A DNA stretch of 64,000 nucleotides from an uncultured Pseudomonadales bacterium (GTDB taxonomy: Bacteria; Patescibacteriota; Microgenomatia; UBA1400; CAYXSR01): NCBI GenBank assembly GCA_964467735.1, contig CAYXSR010000003.1, positions 1,078-65,077 of the forward strand, read 5' to 3'. The translations under genes and the position numbers were made by a program. Numbering within the stretch: position 1 is the first letter of the stretch; every line of letters begins with the position of its first letter. Under the pieces are notes generated by a model. It ran no database searches and was not told where the DNA came from. It saw nothing but the letters and a program-made list of their open reading frames with translations. Shown here one piece after another: positions 8,236-17,423 of this stretch.

Positions 8236-8964
8236 TTATTTTTCAGCAACTAAAGTTCCAATCTGTGCTCCTCGAACAATTTCTGGAATCTTACCAATAT
8301 CTTTAACACTAAAAACAATAATTGGTTTTTTCTTTTTCCAACATAAAGCAAATGCCGTTGCATCCATTACTTCTAAATTTTTCTCAATTGCTTGTTTATA
8401 GGTTAATTTAGAAAAACGGGTAGCTTTTGGATTTTTCTGAGGATCTTCAGAATAAATACCATCTACATTTGTTGCTTTCAAAATAGCATCGCAATTAATT
8501 TCACAAGCCCTTAAAGCTGCTGCTGAATCAGTAGTGAAAAAAGGGCTTCCTGTTCCGCCAGCAAAAATAACAATTCTACCTTTTTCTAAATGACGAATGG
8601 CTTTCCTACGAATAAAAGGTTCAGCAATAGCTTTCATCTCTAAAGCAGTCATCATTCTGGTCGGCATTCCTAATCTCTCCAAGGCCTCCTGTAACGCCAG
8701 ACCATTAATTACTGTTCCTAACATCCCCATATAGTCAGCTACTGTTTCATCAACACTTCGTCCCTCTATTTCGCGACCGCGAAAAATGTTACCGGCGCCA
8801 ACCACAATCGCTAACTGAATAGAATTCTTCTCTTTTATTTTAATAATATTGTGGGCAATCTTTTCATAGGCAGAAAAGGAAATACCCCAACCGTCTTTCT
8901 TTCCAAAAAGTTCGCCGCCTAATTTTAAAATTACTCTTTTATATTTAAGTTTTGTATCAACCAT
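8236..8964 (-). CDS. pyrH: UMP kinase
   Basis: 'RVILKLGGELF' N-terminus and amino-acid-kinase fold signature throughout; 242 aa. Confidence 0.9.
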   Translation of the reverse strand: MVDTKLKYKRVILKLGGELFGKKDGWGISFSAYEKIAHNIIKIKEKNSIQLAIVVGAGNIFRGREIEGRSVDETVADYMGMLGTVINGLALQEALERLGMPTRMMTALEMKAIAEPFIRRKAIRHLEKGRIVIFAGGTGSPFFTTDSAAALRACEINCDAILKATNVDGIYSEDPQKNPKATRFSKLTYKQAIEKNLEVMDATAFALCWKKKKPIIVFSVKDIGKIPEIVRGAQIGTLVAEK

Positions 8965-9086
8965 ACTCCCCCTTCTTTATAAAAAGAACACCTAAAAGGT
9001 GCTCTTTTGAATTTCAAAATAATTTATAAAAATAGTCTTTGGGCTCAAAAAAAAATTCCTCATTTGTAAGATATTATACAAAAATA

Positions 9087-9818
9087 TTAATTTTTAGCAA
9101 ATTTTTTATTAATTAAAAAGAAAATGGAAAAAAATATCAGGACAAGACTTATCAATTGGTTAATCCTAAATTTGCCTACCAACCAGCTGTCAATCCGTAA
9201 AAATTCCAACCAAAAACGGCCTAAGCAATATAAAAAGAGATATAACAAAAATAGTTTTCCATTTTTAAGTTTATCCTTATTTTTTATTAAAATTAAAAAA
9301 ATAGCTAAATCCCAAAAACTCTCATATAAAAATAGAGGGTGAAATCTTGAGAAATTTTCATAGCCTGGAAGTCTGTTTTCAGGACTAATGAAAATACCCC
9401 AAGGAAGTTTAGTAGGTAAACCATATAATTCCTCGTTAAGGAAATTCCCCCAGCGACCAATTGCTTGAGCTAAAGGTAAGCTCAAACAGATAACGTCCAC
9501 CAATTTCAAAAAGTCTTTTCTTGTTAGTTTGGTAAACTTAGCAAATAAAAATAGACCTAATACTCCACCAACCAAGGCTCCAAAAATTCCAAGTCCTCCT
9601 TGCCAGATTAGAAATATCTCTCCAGGGTTTTGTTTGTAATATGGCCGGAAGCTAATCATATGGTATATTCGTGCTCCAATTATTCCGGGAATAACAATCC
9701 AGGGGAAAATATCAAAAACAGAGATTCCAATTTCAAAAGGCTTATTTTTTCTAAATTTTTCAACTACAAAAATTGCTATTAAAATTCCTAGAGCAATTAA
9801 AAAACCATAAAAATTCAC
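9087..9818 (-). CDS. lgt: prolipoprotein diacylglyceryl transferase
   Basis: Polytopic membrane protein with the Lgt signature region '…QAIGRWGNFLNEELYG…'. Confidence 0.85.
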   Translation of the reverse strand: MNFYGFLIALGILIAIFVVEKFRKNKPFEIGISVFDIFPWIVIPGIIGARIYHMISFRPYYKQNPGEIFLIWQGGLGIFGALVGGVLGLFLFAKFTKLTRKDFLKLVDVICLSLPLAQAIGRWGNFLNEELYGLPTKLPWGIFISPENRLPGYENFSRFHPLFLYESFWDLAIFLILIKNKDKLKNGKLFLLYLFLYCLGRFWLEFLRIDSWLVGKFRINQLISLVLIFFSIFFLINKKFAKN

Positions 9819-9828
9819 TTTTGTTTCC

Positions 9829-10389
9829 TTAAACCATTAATGAAAGAAGGACAAAAAAAGTTGTAACAATATATAAATAAAATTTTTGCTCTTCTAGGGT
9901 TACTTCTCTTTTAACTTGCCAAAAAAGCCAATCAAACCTTTTCCACTTTTTAAAGTCTTGCCATTCTTTCAAAAGAAGATGTAAACCAACACCCATAATT
10001 ACTCCCTTACCCAATAAGTTTGGTGTTGAAGTTAAAACAAAAATTGCTAGCACCAACCAACAAACTTGAAAAAGAACACTTTTAAAAGCTAAATGTCTCA
10101 TTTCATTTTCTTTCGCTTTCAAAATATTGATTCCTTGCTTCCATTTCTTCTGATTAAATAGAAATTTAACTTCTTCGGAAATTTTATTATCTGATTCAGT
10201 AAAATAAACCCAAATTAATTGATCTAGAAGTAAAAAATTCCAACCAATCAATCCACCACTAAACCATAAAAGTATTTTACTAAGATTTGTTAATAAAAAA
10301 GCTGTTGAAAAATAAAGTCCACTCCTAAAAAGAATTTTTAGAAAGATTAATAAAAAATATCCCAAAAACAGGGCAGAATTTCTTTTCAT
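9829..10389 (-). CDS. hypothetical membrane protein
   Basis: 186 aa ORF with several hydrophobic helices, tightly packed between lgt and the downstream genes; no recognisable motif. Confidence 0.4.
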   Translation of the reverse strand: MKRNSALFLGYFLLIFLKILFRSGLYFSTAFLLTNLSKILLWFSGGLIGWNFLLLDQLIWVYFTESDNKISEEVKFLFNQKKWKQGINILKAKENEMRHLAFKSVLFQVCWLVLAIFVLTSTPNLLGKGVIMGVGLHLLLKEWQDFKKWKRFDWLFWQVKREVTLEEQKFYLYIVTTFFVLLSLMV

Positions 10390-10432
10390 TAAATCTAGTA
10401 TAACAAAAAGAGAATTAAAAGAAAGATTTGCT

Positions 10433-10696
10433 TTATATATAAAAGGGAAATCCAGTCAAACGAAACATTACTAATTCTTGGAGTTGTGGATTTGGTAAAA
10501 TTGGTGTTACACCTTTTTCTACCATTGCTTGTCTCACCTGAAATGCTGCGTCTGACAATTCAGTCAAATCTTGAGCCTCTCGATAACCAACTCTTTCTCC
10601 TTTGCTATTTACCAAAGGAACTAATCCTTGTTCAGCTATAATTAAAGAAAGATCTTGTAGGCCAAATGGACTAAATTCAGATAAATTTAATGTCAT
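10433..10696 (-). CDS. hypothetical protein, or C-terminal extension of the PP-loop ATPase via frameshift
   Basis: 87 aa ORF overlapping the 3' end of the PP-loop gene by 20 nt in another frame. It could be a separate small protein or a frameshifted C-terminal domain. Confidence 0.3.
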   Translation of the reverse strand: MTLNLSEFSPFGLQDLSLIIAEQGLVPLVNSKGERVGYREAQDLTELSDAAFQVRQAMVEKGVTPILPNPQLQELVMFRLTGFPFYI

Positions 10697-11606
10697 AAAC
10701 AGGGATTATATCATATTTCCCGTATTTCTCTATTAAAGCCTTAGTTTTTTTAATATTTTGTTTTTGAACTAACTGATTATTATTCTTAATATTTTTCTTA
10801 ATTAAGGCCGTCGGACCTCCAAAGTTTTTAGGAATAATTAAAATATCGCCTTCTAATACTTTCTTTTCTAACTGCTGATTTTCTCGTTCATTTCTTCCTA
10901 AAATAATCTGTGTTTTTCCTCGCCAAAAATGACGACCAATCCTTAAAAGTTCTATATCTTTCGGCTGACAATCTGGATTTTTCTTAAATAAATCAAGTAG
11001 CTTTTTAGAAAATCCTTTCTCTGTCAAAATACAGCCACCAGCTGGCTGAGGAAAAATTAATTTATATTTCTTAGCTAATTTAAGTTGTTCATATCTTCCC
11101 CTACCTTTTACGAAAAGAAGAAATTCTGACTTTACCCAACCTTTTTCTTCTGGAATTGTCTTTGGTAATAATTTTGCTGAAAGGGGCCTTAATAAAAGTT
11201 CTTTTAAACCAGATTTTTGGGCAATTAAAATCAACGCCTTTTTATTTTGAGAAAAAGGTCTTTCACCTAAAACTTCGCCGGTAGCGACAAAATCAAATCC
11301 TTTTTCTTCCATTACCTTTCTCGCTTTTTTAAGCATTAAAAGATGACAATCAATACATGGATTAGCGGCTGATCCTCTGCTAAACTTTGGTTTCTTAACA
11401 ATTTGAAGGTGCTCTTCAGAAATATCAATTATTCGACAAGGAATTTTTAGCTGTTGACAGGCTTGCTTACCTTTTCTTTCATTAAAAAAACAACTTTTAA
11501 AAACCAAACCAGTAACATCAATATCGCTTTCTTTTAAAAGTTTTGCGGCTAACATTGAATCTAAACCTCCGGAGATTAAAACAAGCGCTTTTCTTTCCAT
11601 CTTCAT
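10677..11606 (-). CDS. PP-loop superfamily ATP pyrophosphatase, ThiI/TtuA/MnmA-like tRNA thiolation enzyme
   Basis: N-terminal PP-loop 'ALVLISGGLDSMLAAKLL' (SGGxDS) and a downstream 'ATGEVLGERPFSQN' segment resembling the ThiI 'TGESLGQVASQT' region. Confidence 0.6.
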   Translation of the reverse strand: MKMERKALVLISGGLDSMLAAKLLKESDIDVTGLVFKSCFFNERKGKQACQQLKIPCRIIDISEEHLQIVKKPKFSRGSAANPCIDCHLLMLKKARKVMEEKGFDFVATGEVLGERPFSQNKKALILIAQKSGLKELLLRPLSAKLLPKTIPEEKGWVKSEFLLFVKGRGRYEQLKLAKKYKLIFPQPAGGCILTEKGFSKKLLDLFKKNPDCQPKDIELLRIGRHFWRGKTQIILGRNERENQQLEKKVLEGDILIIPKNFGGPTALIKKNIKNNNQLVQKQNIKKTKALIEKYGKYDIIPVYDIKFI

Positions 11607-11872
11607 CTAATAACTTTAAAATCTTTAAATCCTTCTGGTTTTTCTTCTTCAATCTTTACATCAGAGACTTGAGCTAATGGTGGGCCTTGCCAACACCATT
11701 CAACCATTTGATTCACTTGTTCTTCATTGCCTTCAAATACAGCTTCCACTCCGCCATTGTGGGCATTTCTTACCCAACCATTAATTCCTAATTTCTCAGC
11801 CTTATGCCGACAAAAAGCCCTAAAACCTACTCCTTGAACCCGACCAATTATAAAAACTTTAACTTTTTTCAT
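11603..11872 (-). CDS. acyP: acylphosphatase
   Basis: 'VFIIGRVQGVGFRAF…GINGWVRNAHNGGVEAVFEGNEEQV' are the two acylphosphatase signatures. The start is taken at the internal MKKVKV rather than the over-extended 11953 start. Confidence 0.8.
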   Translation of the reverse strand: MKKVKVFIIGRVQGVGFRAFCRHKAEKLGINGWVRNAHNGGVEAVFEGNEEQVNQMVEWCWQGPPLAQVSDVKIEEEKPEGFKDFKVIR

Positions 11873-12203
11873 TCTTTTTCTCCTTTTTAAGCTGTTGAAC
11901 TTTCCACATAAACAACCTTCCTTTACTTTTAACATTAGTGGCGTCTTTAACAAAATTTTTTGCCCGTTCCAAAATATCCCTTGGTAGCTCTTTGGCCATT
12001 TTAATAAAAAGACTAGCTCGCTTTTCCTCGTCTAACTCACAAGCCAAACGATAACCATAATCCTGAAATTCTCGAGTAATATATTTTTTCTTTGAATAAT
12101 CCCAGGATTTCAATATCTTACCTAAAGATTGCATGCCAGTGATCGTTTTTCTTTTAACCACTCCTCCCTCCAATCTTAATATCTTTTTTAGTATATGATA
12201 CAA
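11859..12203 (-). CDS. hypothetical protein
   Basis: 114 aa, Lys-rich, no recognisable motif; directly upstream of acyP on the same strand. Confidence 0.35.
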   Translation of the reverse strand: MYHILKKILRLEGGVVKRKTITGMQSLGKILKSWDYSKKKYITREFQDYGYRLACELDEEKRASLFIKMAKELPRDILERAKNFVKDATNVKSKGRLFMWKVQQLKKEKKNEKS

Positions 12204-12214
12204 TACTCACTTGT

Positions 12215-12775
12215 ATGATCAAAGCAATTAACTTAAATCGAGGTTCATTTCTAAATTACAAAAATCGTCCTTACGTTGTTACTGAACGAGAATTTTATTC
12301 TCCCGGCAAAGGTTCAGCAATTGTCCGACTAAAACTTAAAGATGTCAAAACTGGCGTGGTAAACAAAGTTGTTTTTAAGACTACTGAAATGGTTGAAGAA
12401 ATTAGTGTTGAACAACAAGAATTTCAATATCTTTATCAAGGTAATGGTGCTTTTTGTTTTATGAGTCCCCAGACGTTTGAACAAATAGAGATTCCTGAAG
12501 AATTAGTTATTGATGATAAATACTTTCTAAAAGAAGGTGAGACTTATAAGATCCTTTTTTATGAAGATAAACCAATAAAAATAAAACTCCCTTTAAAAAT
12601 GGAAATGGAAGTTACTGAAGCCGAAAATGCTGTTAAAGGCGACACCGTCACTGGAGCTACTAAAGAGGTTAAATTAGAGACTGGACTTGTTATAAAAGTA
12701 CCTCTTTTCATCAAAAAAGGCGAAAAAATTTTGGTTAATACTGAAAATAAAGAATACGTTGGCCGTTCTAATTAG
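12215..12775 (+). CDS. efp: elongation factor P
   Basis: 186 aa with 'YSPGKGSAIVRLKLKDVKTG' loop (the modifiable Lys is conserved) and three-domain EF-P length. Confidence 0.9.
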   Translation: MIKAINLNRGSFLNYKNRPYVVTEREFYSPGKGSAIVRLKLKDVKTGVVNKVVFKTTEMVEEISVEQQEFQYLYQGNGAFCFMSPQTFEQIEIPEELVIDDKYFLKEGETYKILFYEDKPIKIKLPLKMEMEVTEAENAVKGDTVTGATKEVKLETGLVIKVPLFIKKGEKILVNTENKEYVGRSN

Positions 12776-13817
12776 AAGACCATAAATCTTCTCCGGAGAA
12801 CAAAATTACTTCATCTAGTTTTTTCGAATTACAAAAAATCATTACTAATCGATCTACTCCTAAGGCTACCCCACTACAATCCGGCAAACCAGTTTTTAAA
12901 GCATCAATAAACTCCCAGTCAACTGGATAATCTAGTTTTCCTAATTTTTTGCGTTTCTCAACTTCCTTTTTAAATTGGTCTTTTTGTTCTTGCCAATCAT
13001 TAAGTTCATTGTAGGCATCAGCCAACTCAATCCCAAACATATACAATTCAAAACGCTCTTTTATGCGCGGGTCAGTTTTTTTTGTTTTACTCAACGGCGC
13101 GAATTGGGCTGGAAAATCATAAATAAAAGTAGGTTTTTCTATTCCTAATTTTGGCTCAATAAAAGAAACGTAAAGCCAATTGTAAATTTCTTCCCAGCTA
13201 TCATTATTTCCTGGTCTATAATCTTTTGTTTGAGCAAATTTTAACAGCTTATCTCTATTAAAAAAAATGCATTCATCAACTTTTAAATATTTTTTAAACG
13301 CCTTAACAACTGATAGTCGCTCGAAACTTTGGCTGATATCTAATCTTTTACCTTGATAAGTTATAAATTTTTTATGATTATTTATTAGTCTTATTAGATT
13401 TTCACAATCAGCCATTGTCTTTTCCAAACTATTGCCTAGTCGATACCATTCAAGAATCGTGAATTCTGGACTGTGTAAACTGCTACCGAGATCAGTGTTG
13501 CGAAAGCTTTTAGTTATTTCAAAACAATTACCAACTCCTGCCACCAAAAGTTTTTTTAACCACATTTCTGGAGAGGTGGTTAGAAACGATCGATAAATCT
13601 TACCCTGCTTATTTTTGAGCTGAGTTTCGAAAACTTCTAAATAAGACTCAGGAATTAAGTAAGGTGCCAGCAAAGGTGTCTGAACTTCTAAGAAATTTTC
13701 TTTCTCAAAAAATAAACGAATTTTTTTAAAAATCGCCAATCTTTTTTTGATATTTTCTAGTAAATTGGGATTATTTTGTAATTGTTTCCATGAAGTCATA
13801 AAGTTTTTATTCAACAT
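12768..13817 (-). CDS. epmA: EF-P-lysine lysyltransferase (truncated class II LysRS paralogue)
   Basis: Class II aaRS motifs plus a near-identical C-terminal block 'GLPDCSGVALGVDRLVM' and 'FRNTDLGSSLHSPEFTILEWY', as in E. coli EpmA/PoxA. No anticodon-binding domain. Convergent with efp, overlapping by 8 bp. Confidence 0.85.
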   Translation of the reverse strand: MLNKNFMTSWKQLQNNPNLLENIKKRLAIFKKIRLFFEKENFLEVQTPLLAPYLIPESYLEVFETQLKNKQGKIYRSFLTTSPEMWLKKLLVAGVGNCFEITKSFRNTDLGSSLHSPEFTILEWYRLGNSLEKTMADCENLIRLINNHKKFITYQGKRLDISQSFERLSVVKAFKKYLKVDECIFFNRDKLLKFAQTKDYRPGNNDSWEEIYNWLYVSFIEPKLGIEKPTFIYDFPAQFAPLSKTKKTDPRIKERFELYMFGIELADAYNELNDWQEQKDQFKKEVEKRKKLGKLDYPVDWEFIDALKTGLPDCSGVALGVDRLVMIFCNSKKLDEVILFSGEDLWSSN

Positions 13818-14223
13818 CCGATAAACTTAATTCCCAACCTAAAGGATTATCCCTTCCGCCAAAGCATTCTCTTAGGAAGGATAATTCCCAACCTTGTAAA
13901 AGACCAATATCAACCCTATCTGCATTGGTTGATTCTAGAATATTAGCTCCTTGCATAGCCAAAACCTCCTCTATGGGAGTTCCAGCACTAACACCTGAAG
14001 GAAATGCAACTGCCCAACGATCTCCATCTAAATCAAAGGGGCCTCTAGAATAAATTAAGGAAAAATCTACATCTAAAATTGAAGGTTTACCATGAAGAAT
14101 AGATCCGGGTAAAACACACATTATATAATATGGAGAAATTATAAATTCAGGAGTTAAATGCGGACAACCTGCCTGATCAAGAGCTTCTAAAATGCCAACA
14201 TTTTCTGGTTTTACTTTAGCCAT
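13807..14223 (-). CDS. conserved hypothetical protein co-transcribed with epmA
   Basis: 138 aa ORF whose stop overlaps the epmA start by 11 bp; no recognisable motif. Confidence 0.4.
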   Translation of the reverse strand: MAKVKPENVGILEALDQAGCPHLTPEFIISPYYIMCVLPGSILHGKPSILDVDFSLIYSRGPFDLDGDRWAVAFPSGVSAGTPIEEVLAMQGANILESTNADRVDIGLLQGWELSFLRECFGGRDNPLGWELSLSDVE

Positions 14224-14235
14224 GCCAGTATTATA

Positions 14236-14874
14236 TCACTGGAGTTTCTTTTGAAGTAAATCAATCACTTCTTTATCGTCTACCTGAGGAAAATTCTCAT
14301 AAAATTGACCAACCGCAAAAAAATCGCTCGGTGTTTCTAAAACAACTACTTCATCAGCTTCTTTCTCCAATTTATGAAGGGTATCAATAGGAGCCACTGG
14401 TAAAGCAATCACTACTTTTTTCGGCTCATTATTCCAAACTTCTCTTATGGCGGCAATTGCCGTTGCACCTGTAGCTGTCCCATCATCAACAATAATAACA
14501 ACCTTTTCTTTTAAATTTAGGGGAGGTTTTGTTTGACGATACAAAGTCTCTCTTCTTTTAATCTCTTCCTTTAACTTCTCGCTTTGTTCTTTAAGATACT
14601 GCTGACTTACTCTTAGCTCACTAATTAATTTTTCATCTAGGTAACTACTTCCTTTTGTTTCTCCAATTGCGCCAATTGCCAACTCTTGTTCATTAGGAGC
14701 TCCAATTTTTTTAACTACAATAATATCCAAAGGACAATTTAATTCCTGAGCAATTCTTTTGGCAGTTACCACCCCTCCTCTTGGGATACCCAAAACCACC
14801 ACATTTTCTTTTGCTTTGTAGTGGTTTAGTTTTTCTGCCAATTGTTGACTAGCTTCTTGTCTATTTTTAAACAT
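14236..14874 (-). CDS. predicted phosphoribosyltransferase (COG1926-like)
   Basis: PRTase PRPP-binding motif 'VVIIVDDGTATGAT' in a 212-aa protein. Confidence 0.7.
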   Translation of the reverse strand: MFKNRQEASQQLAEKLNHYKAKENVVVLGIPRGGVVTAKRIAQELNCPLDIIVVKKIGAPNEQELAIGAIGETKGSSYLDEKLISELRVSQQYLKEQSEKLKEEIKRRETLYRQTKPPLNLKEKVVIIVDDGTATGATAIAAIREVWNNEPKKVVIALPVAPIDTLHKLEKEADEVVVLETPSDFFAVGQFYENFPQVDDKEVIDLLQKKLQ

Positions 14875-14877
14875 TTT

Positions 14878-16197
14878 TTAACTGAAAAGAGCCATTTGCT
14901 CTTTTTGTTCATTTAGGTCTTGGTTTTCTGATTCAGTTTGCCAAATTTTAACTATCCCAAAAACACCATCAAAACCAGGTTTGATAACAATATTTCCTTG
15001 TCTAACCTTATCAATTCCTTCAGCAATTTTAGGATTACTTACCAAGATAATTTCTTCGGTATTTATTTGGGTTAGAATTTCGAATTCAGATTTAAAACTT
15101 TTTATTAACTTTTCGTACTCGTTTTTAACTCTTTGACTTGATACAGTAGAACTTAATGCCTCTGCAATTATTTCTAATAAAGGAACTAACATTACATATG
15201 GTGGTCTTGATTTATCGTTTTTATTATAGATTCCTAACAATCCTGAATTATTACTTTGCTTTGCTAATTCCACTTTGTTATCCTCTGCTAATTGATCAAC
15301 TCGATACATTACTCCCAAAGTTAATGGTCGACCACAAACAGGACAACTCATACCTTTCTTCTCTACGTCTTCTGAACCATAGGTTACTCCACAATTACGA
15401 TGGCCTGAATAATGATATTTTCCTTCTTCTGGATAAAACTCTATTGTATAAAGAATCCTATTATTGCTTTTTTCTTTCAAATCTAAAGCCTTGCTCAAAG
15501 AAGAAAAACTAAGCTTTTCTAAATCGAAAATTGTCAATTCTCTGCCCATTTTGGCTGGACTATGAGCATCAGAAAAGGAAACAATTGATCGATCTTCTAA
15601 ATCTTTTATTCGCCAGTTCATTGCTGGATCACTAGAAAGACCAGTTTCTATGGCCAAAATTTGACCAGTAAAGTTACCAAAACACTCTTCTATTGAATCA
15701 AAACCGGATTTAGATCCATATAAAGAAAACCACGGTGTCCAGACATGAGCTGGAATTATTAATGCCTTTTTATCAATTGACCAAACCAATTCTGCTAAAG
15801 CCATACTAGATAACCCTATAATCGGTCGACCGTCACTCATAAGATTACAGCCGCGTTTTATAAGTTCACTATTTATCTTACGCACTGTATCAAAAGAAGG
15901 CGCTAGAACTAAATTATGGATTCGGCGAACCTGTCCTCCTTGAGAATAGATTGAAGAAATTTCTGTAGAAAGAATAAATTTAACTTCTTTATTGTCTTTT
16001 AATTGAAAAATCCCCTCTTCTACTTCCTCCAACTGACTTTCTATTTCCTTTAACCATAAAGGATGGGTCCAATCAGCTGTTGCCAAAAGATTTATTCCTT
16101 TTTTCTGGGCCCATTCTGCCATAATAGGTAGTTCCATTTGTTTAGACACTGCCCTTGAGTATTTAGAATGTAAGTGGAGATCAGCGATTATTTTCAT
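14878..16197 (-). CDS. PHP-domain nuclease of the archaeal endonuclease Q (EndoQ) type
   Basis: 'MKIIADLHLHSKYSRAVSKQM', 'PAHVWTPWFSLYG', 'SDAHSP…GRE', a Zn-ribbon 'CPVCGRP' and 'RPPYVMLVPLLEIIA' match the remembered architecture of Pyrococcus EndoQ. The start is taken at internal Met to avoid overlap with the divergent gene at 16251. Confidence 0.6.
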   Translation of the reverse strand: MKIIADLHLHSKYSRAVSKQMELPIMAEWAQKKGINLLATADWTHPLWLKEIESQLEEVEEGIFQLKDNKEVKFILSTEISSIYSQGGQVRRIHNLVLAPSFDTVRKINSELIKRGCNLMSDGRPIIGLSSMALAELVWSIDKKALIIPAHVWTPWFSLYGSKSGFDSIEECFGNFTGQILAIETGLSSDPAMNWRIKDLEDRSIVSFSDAHSPAKMGRELTIFDLEKLSFSSLSKALDLKEKSNNRILYTIEFYPEEGKYHYSGHRNCGVTYGSEDVEKKGMSCPVCGRPLTLGVMYRVDQLAEDNKVELAKQSNNSGLLGIYNKNDKSRPPYVMLVPLLEIIAEALSSTVSSQRVKNEYEKLIKSFKSEFEILTQINTEEIILVSNPKIAEGIDKVRQGNIVIKPGFDGVFGIVKIWQTESENQDLNEQKEQMALFS

Positions 16198-16250
16198 TGG
16201 TCCCATTTTATCACAAAAGAAAAGCCAGAAATGATAAAATGATTTAATCA

Positions 16251-17423
16251 ATGAAAAAAAAAGCTTTAATTTTTACCAGTACGTGTGGACATTTAAGTCT
16301 TGCTAAAGCTATTGGAGATATTCTTAAACAAAACAATTGGCAACCAGAATTAGTTGATCTTATAAACAATCAAAGTGATTTTTCTCATAATACTGATGTC
16401 TTTTATAAATCTTTTTATTTATATTTTCCTTCTTTATTTAAAATTCCTTTCAAATTTAGCCAACAAAAATTTCTCCAAAAAGAGATTAAAAATTTTCTCA
16501 AAAGAAATTATCAAAAAACCATTGAAGAAAAACTTAATAAAATCCAACCTAACTTAATAATTACTACTTATTTTGCTTATAACTATCCCTTGGTAAATAT
16601 TATTAAACAAAAAGTTCCTTTTTTAAATATTCCCGCCGATCCCCTTACTTTTCATCCTTTGGAAATAGAACCCCAAGCAGATTTTAATTTTATTTATGAT
16701 AAACAAGCCAAAAAAATCTGCCAGAAGCTAGGAGTTTCTGATGAGAAAATAAAAGTCTCCGGCTGGTTTGTTCAAAAAAAATTCTATAACACTAAGCCAG
16801 ATAAAAAACTTTTGAAAATTTTAAATTTTAAATCAAACGTTTTAACCATTCTTATTTGTGGGGGATCTGAAGGAGCAAATTCTATTTTAAAAATTATACC
16901 CATTCTTTTAGTCACTAAAAAACCTCTCCAATTGATTGTCGTCTGTGGTAATAATGCTGTTCTTTTTAAAGCTTTAAATAGTTTCAAAAAAACGTTTATT
17001 AAGATTCCTTCTGGTTTGTCCAAAAATAGAATCAAGCTAAAAATAATTCAAAAAACTAACAAAATGGCTGATTTTATGGCGCTGGCTGATCTTGTAATTG
17101 GTAAGGCTGGCCCAAATCTTTTATTTGAATCAGTAGCTAGTGGTAAGCCTTTTTTTGCTATTTGTCATATTAGCGGCCAAGAAGATGGCAATTTAGAAAT
17201 TATTAGAAAGAAAAAACTTGGCTTTGTTGAAGAAAATCCTTTAAGAGCGATTACTCTTCTTAAAAAAATTATTGACAATCCAACAGTTCTCCATCGGTTT
17301 CAGAAAGAAGTTAAAAAAGAACGGCAACGGAATCAACAGGCAGAAAAAATCCTAATGGAAACAATTAATTCTCTTCAGCTACCATTAAGCCGCCAAAACT
17401 CAACAAATACGAAGATAAAATAA
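16251..17423 (+). CDS. MGDG-synthase/UgtP-like (GT28-type) diacylglycerol glycosyltransferase
   Basis: 390 aa. The N-terminal 'ALIFTSTCGHLSLAKAIGD' and C-terminal 'GKAGPNLLFESVASGKPF' patterns are typical of monogalactosyl-diacylglycerol synthase-type glycosyltransferases. Confidence 0.65.
   Translation: MKKKALIFTSTCGHLSLAKAIGDILKQNNWQPELVDLINNQSDFSHNTDVFYKSFYLYFPSLFKIPFKFSQQKFLQKEIKNFLKRNYQKTIEEKLNKIQPNLIITTYFAYNYPLVNIIKQKVPFLNIPADPLTFHPLEIEPQADFNFIYDKQAKKICQKLGVSDEKIKVSGWFVQKKFYNTKPDKKLLKILNFKSNVLTILICGGSEGANSILKIIPILLVTKKPLQLIVVCGNNAVLFKALNSFKKTFIKIPSGLSKNRIKLKIIQKTNKMADFMALADLVIGKAGPNLLFESVASGKPFFAICHISGQEDGNLEIIRKKKLGFVEENPLRAITLLKKIIDNPTVLHRFQKEVKKERQRNQQAEKILMETINSLQLPLSRQNSTNTKIK

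Noticed and set aside
11873-11953. N-terminal extension of the acylphosphatase ORF
   Set aside because: The acylphosphatase fold starts at MKKVKVFIIGRVQG. The longer start overlaps the upstream gene and adds a Cys/Lys-rich tail with no homology.
17375-17423. 49-bp convergent overlap between the glycosyltransferase and the CaCA antiporter 3' ends
   Set aside because: It could indicate a mis-called stop, but both proteins end with plausible C-termini. Convergent overlaps occur elsewhere in this compact genome (efp/epmA), so it is treated as real compaction rather than a feature of interest.
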